From the NCBI GenBank assembly GCA_045862955.1, contig BTVI01000013.1, positions 16,124 through 80,123 on the forward strand: 64,000 nt of DNA, given 5' to 3'. Source of the stretch: Fimbriimonadales bacterium (GTDB taxonomy: Bacteria > Armatimonadota > Fimbriimonadia > Fimbriimonadales > JABRVX01). Below the pieces are notes generated by a model. It was not told the DNA's origin and did no database searches. It saw nothing but the letters and a program-made list of their open reading frames with translations. Both the position numbers and the translations under genes were made by a program. Below, one piece after another: positions 10,786 through 20,404 of this stretch (position 1 is the stretch's first letter; each line of letters begins with the position of its first letter).

Positions 10786-11277
10786 CTAGTAGTTAGATCC
10801 GGGAATGTCACCAAACGGGTCGACCCGCTCGGGTGAATACCGGGCCTGAGTCTCGCGAAGGAAGCGCTCATGTGCCTCGTCGGGAGCCGAGGTGTATAGA
10901 CCGGTAGCCGAGGCGTACACCACGCCGGTGGCATCCACGACCTCCCCTTCGGCACGCCAGAAGCCTGCCTTGTCGCCGAGATATCGCCCATTTACGCGGA
11001 CCCGTGTTCCAGCAAGCACAGGGCGCCGATAGCGAACACGCAGATCCGCCGTAAGGAAGTAGCGGCGCTTGACCACCGAAGCGGCCCAACCGAGCGTTTC
11101 GTCTAGCAGGGAAGCCACGATGCCGCCGTGCAACACCCCCGGATAGCCGCAGTGCCGGGCTTCGGGCACGAACTCCGTGAAAACCCCTGCCTCGTCGCGG
11201 ATGAACACGAGTCGAAGGCCGTACGGGTTGTCCGCCCCGCAGACGAAGCAGCCAGAGCTTTGGGGTAGCGAGGTCAT
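10786..11277 (-). CDS. PaaI-family (hotdog) thioesterase
   Basis: CFVCGADNPYGL, GYPGVLHGGIVASLLDE. Confidence 0.9.
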   Translation of the reverse strand: MTSLPQSSGCFVCGADNPYGLRLVFIRDEAGVFTEFVPEARHCGYPGVLHGGIVASLLDETLGWAASVVKRRYFLTADLRVRYRRPVLAGTRVRVNGRYLGDKAGFWRAEGEVVDATGVVYASATGLYTSAPDEAHERFLRETQARYSPERVDPFGDIPGSNY

Positions 11278-11305
11278 GGGCGGATTGTGGCATTGGCGGA
11301 CGCGC

Positions 11306-12490
11306 TTACGCGGCTCGTAGGCTCTGTGGCAACAGCTCGGGGCCGATAGCCTGCGCGTCAGGCCGGGCAAGTACCACGGCGCGCTCGATAACGTTTTCCA
11401 ACTCGCGCACGTTGCCAGGCCAGCGGTAAGTCAGCAAAGCCTCGATAGCCTCGTCGGCAAGAGCGAGCGGCTCGCGTGCATTCTCGGCGCAGTACTTTTG
11501 TACGAAGCGAAGCGCGAGCGGACGAATGTCCTCCGGCCTATCTCGCAGCGGCGGCAGCTCGATGTGCACAACCTGCAAACGGTAGAAGAGATCGGCGCGG
11601 AAGGAGCCTTCGTCCACAGCCTGTTGCAGATCGCGGTTGGTGGCTGCTACGAGTCGCACGTCCACGCGGACTGGCTTCGTCGCTCCCAGCCGCTCTAGCT
11701 CCCGCTCTTGGATCACACGCAGCAACTTCACCTGTACGCTGAGGGGAACCTCTCCAATCTCGTCAAGGAACAGCGTGCCGCCGTCCGCAAGCTCGAATCT
11801 CCCCTCGCGTCGGCCAACCGCTCCAGTATAGGCCCCCTTCTCGTGGCCGAACAGCTCGGCCTCCAGCAGAGTCTCCGGGAGTGCCGCGCAGCTCACCGCG
11901 ATGAACGGCTTGCCCGAGCGGGGGCTCCGTTCGTGGATCATCTTTGCGACCACTTCCTTGCCCGTACCGCTCTCCCCAGTCAGCAGGACGGTAGCACGAG
12001 ACGAAGCAACCTGCTCTACGATCTCCAGCACCTGGCGCATGGCCGGGCTCTCTGCCACGAAATCCGTGGGGGCGGCGGCCTTTCGACTGCGTCGTTTCTG
12101 GTTTCTCTTGGAGTCGGCTCTGTCAGCAAGGGAGTTCGCGACTACGTTACGCAGGACCTCGAGGTCGAAGGGCTTGGTGATATAGTCGTGCGCTCCCATG
12201 CGAATGGCGGACACCGCTTGGGGAATGGTGCCATAGGCGGTTATGAGGATGATGGCGGCATCGGGCAAGGTCTCGCTTATATGGCTCAGCAGTTCGACGC
12301 CGTCCATGTCGGGCATCATCACATCCGTAATGATCAGGTCTACGGGCTCCGACTTGATCATATCGAGCGCGACCAAGCCAGACTCGGCGGTCAGCACTCG
12401 ATAGCCATCGCGCTCCAAGGCTGCCTGAAGTATGCGACGTATGTTCTGTTCGTCGTCAACGACCAGAATCGTGGTCTTTCTTTCCGTCAT
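11306..12490 (-). CDS. NtrC/AtoC-family sigma54 response regulator (REC + AAA+), no C-terminal HTH
   Basis: VVDDE/TDVMMP/KPF receiver; GESGTGKE, GAYTGA, LFLDEIG, WPGNVRELEN; ends 394 aa. Confidence 0.92.
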   Translation of the reverse strand: MTERKTTILVVDDEQNIRRILQAALERDGYRVLTAESGLVALDMIKSEPVDLIITDVMMPDMDGVELLSHISETLPDAAIILITAYGTIPQAVSAIRMGAHDYITKPFDLEVLRNVVANSLADRADSKRNQKRRSRKAAAPTDFVAESPAMRQVLEIVEQVASSRATVLLTGESGTGKEVVAKMIHERSPRSGKPFIAVSCAALPETLLEAELFGHEKGAYTGAVGRREGRFELADGGTLFLDEIGEVPLSVQVKLLRVIQERELERLGATKPVRVDVRLVAATNRDLQQAVDEGSFRADLFYRLQVVHIELPPLRDRPEDIRPLALRFVQKYCAENAREPLALADEAIEALLTYRWPGNVRELENVIERAVVLARPDAQAIGPELLPQSLRAA

Positions 12491-12501
12491 GTTCCCATCA
12501 T

Positions 12502-14124
12502 CTATGGCTCGTCTCCGAGCGCGGGCAAGCGCAGCGTGAACGTAGACCCCTTGCCCGGTTTGGAGGTCAGGTCGATCGTTCCCCCGTGGGCTTCCACCAG
12601 CTTCCGCACCACTGCGAGGCCCAGGCCTGTGCCCTTAGCTTTCGTAGTGAAGAACGGCTCGAAAACGCGAGCCGCCTCTTCTGGTGTCATACCGAGTCCC
12701 GTGTCGCGCACGCTGATGACCGCCAACTGCTGGGCTCGGTCGTGCCTGCCGCTCACCGTGAGTGTCCCGCCATCGGGCATCGCCTGGCATGCGTTGAGCG
12801 TCAGGTTGCGAAGCACCTGGTTCAGCCGCAGTACGTCTATCCACAGTATCGGCAGGTCTCGCGCAGCGTTCAGGCGAAGCGAAACACCACGCTCACGGCA
12901 CACCGGCCTCCAGACCTGAACGAAGTCTCTTAGCAGGTCGCCTAGAGGCACGGGCTGGGTACGAAGTTGCAGTGGGCGCGCAAAGTCCAGAAAGTCCTCT
13001 GCAATCCGATTGAGGCTGTCCACCTCGTTCAGGATGATGCGGGCGAACTCGGCACAAGCTCCGTTGGGGTCCGTCTGCTGGAGGAGTTGTGCAGCGCCTC
13101 GGATGCTGGTAAGCGGATTGCGGAGCTCGTGAGCTATCTGCGCCGTCATCTGGCCGAGGTGGGCCAGGTGTCGCATGCGCTCCATGTCACTTTCCAGAGC
13201 CGCCTGGTCGGTCACGTCCTGAATGCCTAGCAGCACCCCTCCCGAAGCCAGCTGGGAGACTACGAGGTTGGCTACCATCGTTCTGCCATCGGTGCGGGTG
13301 AGCTTCTGCTGCCAAAGGTGCATCGGCACGCCGCTATCTCGAGCAGACTCGATGGCCTCCAGCACCGGCTCCGCTGACGCTGTCTCCAGCGCGAGCAATA
13401 CCAAGCGCTCTAGTGGACGTCCGCACGCGTCCTGCGCCGCGATACCGAGACTGGCTTCTATGCAGGAGTTCCAGAGTGCAACCGTGCCTCTGGGGCTCGT
13501 CACTGCGACCCCGCTCGGGAGGGCTTGGACGGCATGAGCAGCCAGCGCATCGGCCTCGGACCGACGTTCGTCGAGCAAGCGTAGCAGTTTCCCAGCGGCG
13601 ATCACGAGCCCCTCGACGGCCGCAATGCTGGCGTTGTCCGGCATGTGCGCCTTGCGGCCGAAGTCGGCCAGCGCAAGGCCTCGCTCGCTCCCGGGGATGA
13701 CCGCCACGATTAGGCCGGGGCACCCCAGCATTCGTCGCAGCCCCGACCAAGCGGGCCCGTCCGCCAGCCATCGGGCGCCGTCGAACCTAAGCAATTCTTG
13801 CCAGGGCTCCGCGTGGAGCCTGAAACCGCGCTTTGGGAAAACCCCGGCCCGGTATCCCCGGACAGCAACCGGTACCAGCGAAGCACCCGCCGGCCCGTTC
13901 GTGGGAAGGAGAATGGCTGCTCTTGCCGCTCCGGAGACTGCTTGAACCGCTTCGAGCAGTGTGACCAGAAGCGTCTCGGCGCCCCGCTCAGCGCCGTCCA
14001 CCAGCCTGGCGAGGCCCTTGCCCAGGGCGTCACACCCCGAGGCAGGCGGCAAGCCGCCGGCGCCCAAGGCCGCCCCACGAGGGCGCTCGCGGGCTAGGAC
14101 CGTTGCTTCCGTTGCTGTCTCCAG
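12502..14124 (-). CDS. Cytoplasmic GAF-PAS sensor histidine kinase (NtrB-like); start uncertain (CTG 14124 or TTG 14067)
   Basis: AHELRNPL H-box, NACQAM, DTGLG, FFTTK, GTGLGL; no obvious TM helix. Confidence 0.88.
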   Translation of the reverse strand: METATEATVLARERPRGAALGAGGLPPASGCDALGKGLARLVDGAERGAETLLVTLLEAVQAVSGAARAAILLPTNGPAGASLVPVAVRGYRAGVFPKRGFRLHAEPWQELLRFDGARWLADGPAWSGLRRMLGCPGLIVAVIPGSERGLALADFGRKAHMPDNASIAAVEGLVIAAGKLLRLLDERRSEADALAAHAVQALPSGVAVTSPRGTVALWNSCIEASLGIAAQDACGRPLERLVLLALETASAEPVLEAIESARDSGVPMHLWQQKLTRTDGRTMVANLVVSQLASGGVLLGIQDVTDQAALESDMERMRHLAHLGQMTAQIAHELRNPLTSIRGAAQLLQQTDPNGACAEFARIILNEVDSLNRIAEDFLDFARPLQLRTQPVPLGDLLRDFVQVWRPVCRERGVSLRLNAARDLPILWIDVLRLNQVLRNLTLNACQAMPDGGTLTVSGRHDRAQQLAVISVRDTGLGMTPEEAARVFEPFFTTKAKGTGLGLAVVRKLVEAHGGTIDLTSKPGKGSTFTLRLPALGDEP

Positions 14125-14135
14125 ATGCTCCTCCC

Positions 14136-14164
14136 TTGACGCTGCCGAGGGGCCGTGATATACT
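14136..14164 (+). promoter_or_regulatory. Sigma70-type promoter
   Basis: TTGACG-17 nt-TATACT with extended TG. Confidence 0.7.
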
Positions 14165-14235
14165 GCTAAGTCGTCCTCATCCGCGAGACGTGGCTTTAGT
14201 CGAATGCCCCATTCGAATGTTCGGAGAATGACGGT

Positions 14236-14586
14236 GTGAGTACCACATCCGAGAGTTACGACCGGGCCGTGCGCGCCAAGGAGGAGGGTCGTTACTCGGA
14301 AGCCGTCGCCGAACTGCAGGCTATCCTAGTAGAAGACCCTACCAACCCGGACGCTCACTGGCAGATGGGTCTCGTCCTGTGCTTCATGGGCGACTTCGAC
14401 GGTTCGCTAGCCGAGCTTCAGAAGGCCGTGGACCTAGACTCGGGCCACATCCGTGCGAGAAACGACCTCGCCATGACCCACATGATGTTGGGCAACTACG
14501 AGGAGGCGAAGAGCATCTTCTTGACGGTTCTTGCCGACGACCCCGGCAACGAGGTCGCAACGCGCCAACTCGTCTATTTCACCTAA
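14236..14586 (+). CDS. Small TPR protein
   Basis: Three TPR-like units; GGAG SD before GTG. Confidence 0.85.
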   Translation: MSTTSESYDRAVRAKEEGRYSEAVAELQAILVEDPTNPDAHWQMGLVLCFMGDFDGSLAELQKAVDLDSGHIRARNDLAMTHMMLGNYEEAKSIFLTVLADDPGNEVATRQLVYFT

Positions 14587-14587
14587 G

Positions 14588-16861
14588 ATGAGCGCCGGCG
14601 CCGCCAAGCAGTGGGCACTCGCTGCGCTGCTGTTCGCCGTGCTTGCCGTCCTCCCGCTATGGCGATGCGTTGTCTATGGCGAGGTGTTCGTCCCAGGCGG
14701 CATGGTCCAAGGCTTCGAGCCTTGGGGAGACGAGGCGCGCGAGGCATGGGACATTCTGCGCTGGGACTCGGTGGCGCAGTTCTACCCTTGGCGGACGTAC
14801 CTGTTCTCCAACCTGGTGTCCGGTCGGGTGCCGCTGTGGAACCGCCACGAGCTGCTTGGCACGCCGTTTCTTGCGAACTCACAGAGCGGCGTGTTCTATC
14901 CGCTCCACTGGGTCCTGGCCCCCCTGGGAGCCGCACACGGCATCACGCTCGCAGCCTTTCTGCATCTGGCGTGGGCTGGGCTGGGGTGCTACGTGCTCTG
15001 CAGGCGTCTGGGCTGCGGGTGGGGTCCCGCGGTTCTCGCGGGAGCGACATTCGAGCTATCGCAGTGGGTGATTGCCTGGCTACAGCTGTCGAGCGTCCCG
15101 ACGACGGTCTGTTGGATACCTTGGCTGCTAGCGGCGGTGCACCGTGTGTGGTCCCTGCCGAACACCGCTGCGGCTGCTAGGCTGGCATGTTGTACCGCGA
15201 TGCTACTGCTTGCAGGCCACCTGCAGATCGCCTCTTACGGCATCGGTGCCGCGCTCGTCTTCGCAGTGTTCCTTATCCCCTCTAAGGCCTGCGAGCAGCC
15301 TCGGCCACGCGTCGTCGGCGCTTGGTCCGGCGGGGTGGCGTTAGGAGTGGCCTTGGCTGCCGTGCAGCTGCTTCCCGTCCTCGAGATGGGCAGGCTGTCC
15401 CACCGTTCCACGTCGCCCAGCAGTGAGGGGTATCGGGCGTATGTTCGACTTGCCATGCCTGCCTCGCTGATGGGCTTGACCGTGGACCCGTACATGGCCG
15501 GTGATCCACGCCTGGGTACGGTGATGCCGAACCCCGAGATCCGAGGAGAGTACTGGGGCCCCGAGCCTCTCCCCGAGTACTCGGCATACACTGGTCTGGC
15601 TGCGCTAGTGCTCGCCGGCTACGGCATCTTGCGCATCTGCACCTTGGGATCCAGCGGATGGGCTTTCCTGACCATGAGTGTCGGGGCATGGCTGCTTGCG
15701 CTGGGGACCGACTTGAACCGCCTGTTGTACTTCGGCATCCCGGGGTGGGCTGCCACCGGCAGCCCTGCTCGCGTGCTGTGCCTGGCTGCACTCGCCGGAT
15801 CCGTGTTGGCAGGCCTGGGCTTGGAGCAGATGTTGCGGGACGGCAGGGAAATGGCTCCGAAGCGCAGACGGGCTCTGGGGATGCTGCTGGTCGTCGCTAC
15901 GGTGGCGCTGTCGGGTGGCCTCTTATGGTGGGCGTCGGTCACCCGCCCCGAGGCCTTGCCCGCGCTCGAGATGGCATCGGTACCCTGGGTGCTGGTGGCT
16001 CCCCTGCTCGCGACGATACTGCTCGTGCTCGCTTGGACGCAGAAGCCCTGGTCCAGGGCGGGAGCGAGCGCATCAGGCATCGTCCTGCAGGTCGCCCTAC
16101 TCGCACCCTTCGCCACGGCTTACAACCCGACTGCAAAGGCACTCGGCATCTTCCCCGACTTCGAGAGGCTCGAGCGATTGAAGCAGGCGGCGCCGTACCG
16201 AGTTGCCATCGTGAACGCAGACCGTTGGAATCGGTACGTGCACCCGCCGGCGCTCTTGCCGCCCAACTCTGCGATGGCGCTGGGCTTCGACGAGGTCGGG
16301 GGCTACGACTCGCTGATCCTCAAGAGCACCAAAGAGCGTTTGCTGGACGTGCTTAATGGTGAGGACAGTGCCGTGATGGCCAACGGAAACATGCTCTTCG
16401 TCAAGCCGAGCGCTGGAGAAGGATCGTACGGGCTGGGAGACATGGGTGTTCGGTACGCTATCGTGTCATCCGCCGTTGCAGGCACAAAAGAAGGCGAGCC
16501 GGTCCTCGTGGAGCTCCAGCCTGCCCCCATGGCCCAAGTCTCTGACGCCGGGGCGGACTTCCAGTGGACGGGACCCAATAGCTTCCTCCTCCGCTCGGAC
16601 AAAGGCGGCCCCGCCATGGTGCGCGTCGCTGCGGCTCCGGGATGGGTGGTCCGCGACGGCACGCATCAGGTTGCGGTTGGCTGGGCAGAACCATCCTGGC
16701 TGGCCGCGGCCTTACCGGAGGGCCTGGCCGTATCGCACTGGCGATACGAGCCGAGCACCTATCGCGTCGGGTTGTTTCTCACTCTGGTTGGTCTGGCGAT
16801 TGTCAGTGGCATCGCAACCACCAGGGGTCGAGTGATGATCAAGAAAAGTCTCCAAAGTTGA
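14588..16861 (+). CDS. YfhO-like polytopic membrane protein (probable GT-C glycosyltransferase)
   Basis: DSVAQFYPW, GRVPLWN..LLGTPFLAN..FYP, LAGHLQ, GYDS, C-terminal WRYEP..RVGL; many TM segments. Confidence 0.8.
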   Translation: MSAGAAKQWALAALLFAVLAVLPLWRCVVYGEVFVPGGMVQGFEPWGDEAREAWDILRWDSVAQFYPWRTYLFSNLVSGRVPLWNRHELLGTPFLANSQSGVFYPLHWVLAPLGAAHGITLAAFLHLAWAGLGCYVLCRRLGCGWGPAVLAGATFELSQWVIAWLQLSSVPTTVCWIPWLLAAVHRVWSLPNTAAAARLACCTAMLLLAGHLQIASYGIGAALVFAVFLIPSKACEQPRPRVVGAWSGGVALGVALAAVQLLPVLEMGRLSHRSTSPSSEGYRAYVRLAMPASLMGLTVDPYMAGDPRLGTVMPNPEIRGEYWGPEPLPEYSAYTGLAALVLAGYGILRICTLGSSGWAFLTMSVGAWLLALGTDLNRLLYFGIPGWAATGSPARVLCLAALAGSVLAGLGLEQMLRDGREMAPKRRRALGMLLVVATVALSGGLLWWASVTRPEALPALEMASVPWVLVAPLLATILLVLAWTQKPWSRAGASASGIVLQVALLAPFATAYNPTAKALGIFPDFERLERLKQAAPYRVAIVNADRWNRYVHPPALLPPNSAMALGFDEVGGYDSLILKSTKERLLDVLNGEDSAVMANGNMLFVKPSAGEGSYGLGDMGVRYAIVSSAVAGTKEGEPVLVELQPAPMAQVSDAGADFQWTGPNSFLLRSDKGGPAMVRVAAAPGWVVRDGTHQVAVGWAEPSWLAAALPEGLAVSHWRYEPSTYRVGLFLTLVGLAIVSGIATTRGRVMIKKSLQS

Positions 16862-17022
16862 TCGAAACGGCGGCTGGCGTAGTCCTGTGCTTCGCAGCCC
16901 GGCCGAGCCACCGATCTCGCCACGGGCCCAGGCGCAGAGAGGGGGCTAGCTTGGTCGGGGTACTCTTGCTGCTGCCAGCGCACACCGCAGCGCGCTGGAC
17001 ACACCTATCGAAGGGGATTGTG

Positions 17023-17529
17023 ATGGCCAGAACGGTAACGATGAAGGGAAATCCTCTGGAGCTAGAGGGGCCAGAGCTCCGAGCAGGGGACCGCGCACCC
17101 GAATTCCGACTTCACGCGAAGGACTTGAGCGACGTCACTCTCAGGGACTTCGAAGGAAGGGTGCTACTGCTCAGCGTCGTGCCCTCGCTGGACACGGGCG
17201 TTTGCGCGATGCAGACGAAGCGTTTCAACGAGGAAGCGGCGAAGCTCCCAGACAGCGTGCGCATCTTAACCGTGAGTTGCGACCTGCCGTTTGCCCAGGC
17301 TCGGTTCTGCGGAGAGAATGACATCGCCATCCCGACTGCGTCGGACCATCGCGACGTCAGCTTCGGCAAAGCCTATGGCACTCTCATCCCATCGCTGCGC
17401 ATCGAGTGCAGGGCGCTCTTCGTGGTAGACCCCACCGGAACGATTCGCCACGCCGAGTACGTTCCGGAGTTGACCAACGAACCGAACTACGACGCGGCGT
17501 TGTCCGTTGTTCGGTCCCTTATCTCCTGA
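17023..17529 (+). CDS. tpx: Thiol peroxidase
   Basis: VPSLDTGVC, SCDLPFAQARFC, EPNYDAAL. Confidence 0.93.
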   Translation: MARTVTMKGNPLELEGPELRAGDRAPEFRLHAKDLSDVTLRDFEGRVLLLSVVPSLDTGVCAMQTKRFNEEAAKLPDSVRILTVSCDLPFAQARFCGENDIAIPTASDHRDVSFGKAYGTLIPSLRIECRALFVVDPTGTIRHAEYVPELTNEPNYDAALSVVRSLIS

Positions 17530-17544
17530 CGCGAAAGGGCCACT

Positions 17545-18234
17545 ATGCACTTCGGCGACATGACCTGGCGGCAGGTCGAAGCGTATCTCGAAATGGACGA
17601 CCGCGTGATCGCGATATTCGGCGCGTGCGAGCAGCACTGCGGCCTGAGCCTGCTCACCGACATCCGTATCCCCTTGGAGATCGCTACCAGAGTGGCCGAG
17701 CGAGAGCGGGTATTGATAGCACCGCCCCTCAACTTCGGCCTGTCAGCGGCGTTTCGGGCCTATCCTGGCACCGTCAGCCTGGGGCCCGAGACCTTCTGCG
17801 CTGCAGTGCGCGAAATCCTGCGCGGCCTCTACGAGCAGGGATTCAAGCGCATCATGGTGCTCAACGGCCATGGCGCCAACACACCGCTCGCCTCGATCCT
17901 GCAAGAAAGCGGGGAGGCACACCACGACCTGCAGCTCCAGCTCGTCGAGTGGTGGCGGCTGCCGGTGGTGGTCGGTTACGCCGAGCGCGTCGGGTCGGAA
18001 GCGTTGCATGCGAACTGGGCCGAGTGCTTCTCGTTTACGCGCATAGACCAACCGGAGGGAGACAAGCCTCCAGTGGCGCTTCCGCGGTTCGTGCCTGGCG
18101 GATGGCTGCGTGGGGTACTGGGTGACGGGTCTTTCGGCGGTCATTACCAGCAGCCCGACGCTCTGATGGACGCGATGCTCGACGACATTGTCTCTGAGGT
18201 AGCTCGGCTCGTGCGCGAAGGCTGGCCATCCTAA
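17545..18234 (+). CDS. Creatininase/amidohydrolase family protein
   Basis: MTW..V, GACEQH..TD, YPGTVSL, NGHGAN, HANWAE. Confidence 0.88.
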   Translation: MHFGDMTWRQVEAYLEMDDRVIAIFGACEQHCGLSLLTDIRIPLEIATRVAERERVLIAPPLNFGLSAAFRAYPGTVSLGPETFCAAVREILRGLYEQGFKRIMVLNGHGANTPLASILQESGEAHHDLQLQLVEWWRLPVVVGYAERVGSEALHANWAECFSFTRIDQPEGDKPPVALPRFVPGGWLRGVLGDGSFGGHYQQPDALMDAMLDDIVSEVARLVREGWPS

Positions 18235-19406
18235 GCCAGAGCCGCGAGAGCCTGGTCCAGGTCGGCGATCAGGTCTTCGGGATCCTCCAGGCCGACGTGG
18301 AGCCGGATGCGCCACGTGCTGTGGCCGGACTTGTCATCCAGAGGTTCGCGAATCGGCGCAGCGAGGCTCTCGTACCCGCCCCAACTCACGGCCAAACGAA
18401 ACAGCTTCAGCCGGTTCGCGAACGAGCGGACTCGGTCGTCACTAGTCTCCTTCGGGATGAAGGTGAGAAGGCCGGTCGAGCCTCGTTGCTGTTTTCGGGC
18501 GAGGTCGTACTGCGGATGGGATGGAAGCCCGGTGTAGATCACTCGCTCGACAGCCGGGTGCTGCTCGAGCCAGGATGCCACGGACATCGCGTTGCGCTGG
18601 TGGCGGTCTAGGCGAACAGACAGCGTCCTCATGCCCCGAAGGATCAGCCACGACACGAAGGGGTCCATCACCGCTCCTAGCAGGATCGACTCGTGGTTCA
18701 GGGCTTCGCGGAGCCTTGCCTCCGACGTAATCAATGCACCACCTATCAGGTCGCTGTGGCCGCCCAAATACTTCGAGGCCGAGTGCACTACGATGTCCAC
18801 GCCCATCTCGATGGGATTCTGCAAGTACGGCGTGCAGTGACTGTTATCTATCAGTGTGGTGACACCATGGCTTCGAGCGATCGCACACACGGCAGCTATG
18901 TCCTGCAGGTCGAAGACGATGGTGAGCGGCGACTCGATGTAATACAGCGTTGTGTTAGGCCGTGTAGCCGCATCGAATGCAGACGGATCGGTTCCGTCCA
19001 CGTAGGTAGTCTCCACGCCGAACCGCGCCAGAATGCCATCCAATAATGCCCGGCCATAGCAGCCTCGTACTGCGACGACGTGGTCACCGGCGCGCGTGCA
19101 CGACATGATCGCCGCCGTGATCGCCCCCATTCCGCTTCCGAACATCCGCGCGCTCTCCCCGCGCTCCAGCAGGGCCAGCTTGCGCTCGAGGATCTCCGTG
19201 GTGGGGTTGCCTACACGCGTGTAGTGGTACGCCCCCGTCTGGCCTCCCCAATCCTCTATCGACTCGAAGGCGAAGAGCGATGCCTGAAAGAGCGGCGGAC
19301 TCACCGCCCCGAGGAACCGCGCGGGGTCCTCGCAGCCGTGAGCAAGCAGAGTGTCGAAAGATGGTTCGCGCAGCGCGACGAGCGCCTCAGCATCGGTGGA
19401 ATCCAT
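18231..19406 (-). CDS. PLP-dependent Cys/Met metabolism enzyme (cystathionine/methionine gamma-lyase family)
   Basis: YTRVGNPT, SGMGAI, IDNS, HSASKYLGGHSD, AVSWGGYES, RLHVGLE. Confidence 0.9.
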   Translation of the reverse strand: MDSTDAEALVALREPSFDTLLAHGCEDPARFLGAVSPPLFQASLFAFESIEDWGGQTGAYHYTRVGNPTTEILERKLALLERGESARMFGSGMGAITAAIMSCTRAGDHVVAVRGCYGRALLDGILARFGVETTYVDGTDPSAFDAATRPNTTLYYIESPLTIVFDLQDIAAVCAIARSHGVTTLIDNSHCTPYLQNPIEMGVDIVVHSASKYLGGHSDLIGGALITSEARLREALNHESILLGAVMDPFVSWLILRGMRTLSVRLDRHQRNAMSVASWLEQHPAVERVIYTGLPSHPQYDLARKQQRGSTGLLTFIPKETSDDRVRSFANRLKLFRLAVSWGGYESLAAPIREPLDDKSGHSTWRIRLHVGLEDPEDLIADLDQALAALA

Positions 19407-19483
19407 TCGCACATTGTGGCGATGGGAGGCGGCGCGTGTCTACGGTGATCCCCGCCGCCTTTGCGTGCGACAGGCCGAGAAGC

Positions 19484-20278
19484 CTATCTGCTGCCCGGAT
19501 CTCCCTTACCGTTGTAGTAACCGTTGTCTAAGTTGCCGTCACGGTCCATGTCGTCCAGATGGGCCAGTGGCATGGATCTGGCGTGCCCGTCACACCATGC
19601 GATCGTCACCCGTCCCACGTTCCATTCGGCAGGAACGGCTCGGCAACCCCAGCGGCCTGGCGTTCCTGGAATGCCAGAGCCACACTGCGGTGGCTCCGCA
19701 TAATAGCCTGTCTCACGTCCGCTGCCCCGAGCGCTGGGCAGTGGAGGGTCTACCACGTAGACCCCTGCAGTGACGGCTCCTTGGTCGTCGCGAACCCCCA
19801 TCGTGTCGGCGACGGCGAGCGTCTGCGCCATGTTGGGAACCTGCAAGGACTTCGCGGTGAATGGCAGTCCGGAGCCCTCCGCGCCGCTTCGGGAGTTGCC
19901 CAAGTACTGATAGTTGTACCCATAGCCGCCGTATAGCAAATCCTGCTGGTGTGCCCAGCGGTTTCTGAACATCTCGCGCGGCGCGAGGGGACCGTTGAAG
20001 ATGCCAGTGTCGCGGCAGTACGGCCGTATGTAGTCTGGCCAACGCGTGCGAGGCTGGGCCGACGAAGGGCTCGAGTGCATTGGATATCCACCCGCGTCGT
20101 CACGGTACATGGCCACGCCGAGAGATATCTGCCGGAGGTTGCTGAGGTTCGCGGCGACCTTGGCAGACACACGCGCCCGCGCAAAAACCGGGAACAGGAT
20201 TGCGGCGAGCACGGCTATGATCGCGACAACAACGAGAAGCTCGATTAGGGTAAACGCAATCGTCCGATGACAATTCAT
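19484..20278 (-). CDS. Prepilin-type N-terminal cleavage/methylation domain protein, DUF1559 family
   Basis: [49 protein letters not shown]. Confidence 0.88.
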   Translation of the reverse strand: MNCHRTIAFTLIELLVVVAIIAVLAAILFPVFARARVSAKVAANLSNLRQISLGVAMYRDDAGGYPMHSSPSSAQPRTRWPDYIRPYCRDTGIFNGPLAPREMFRNRWAHQQDLLYGGYGYNYQYLGNSRSGAEGSGLPFTAKSLQVPNMAQTLAVADTMGVRDDQGAVTAGVYVVDPPLPSARGSGRETGYYAEPPQCGSGIPGTPGRWGCRAVPAEWNVGRVTIAWCDGHARSMPLAHLDDMDRDGNLDNGYYNGKGDPGSR

Positions 20279-20404
20279 ACTGGCTACTGGGTACCTCAGT
20301 AATTCCTTTGACCGTATGATCCTTGTCATCCTCAGGACTTTCGTTCCTTTGGCTCGTGATCCCGTGATGGGCTTGCGGTAGCACGACCGCGCCATAATCG
20401 CGCC

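Noticed and set aside
11708..12919. Long antisense ORFs (also 27719-28990, 29424-30299, 36264-37103)
   Set aside because: Shadow frames opposite well-supported genes, expected at high GC; no motifs
16642..17022. N-terminal extension of Tpx (likewise 29101 for HD-GYP, 44729 for ROK, 1479 for DUF1559)
   Set aside because: Extensions overlap neighbouring genes; family homology and SD/overlap signals start at downstream ATGs
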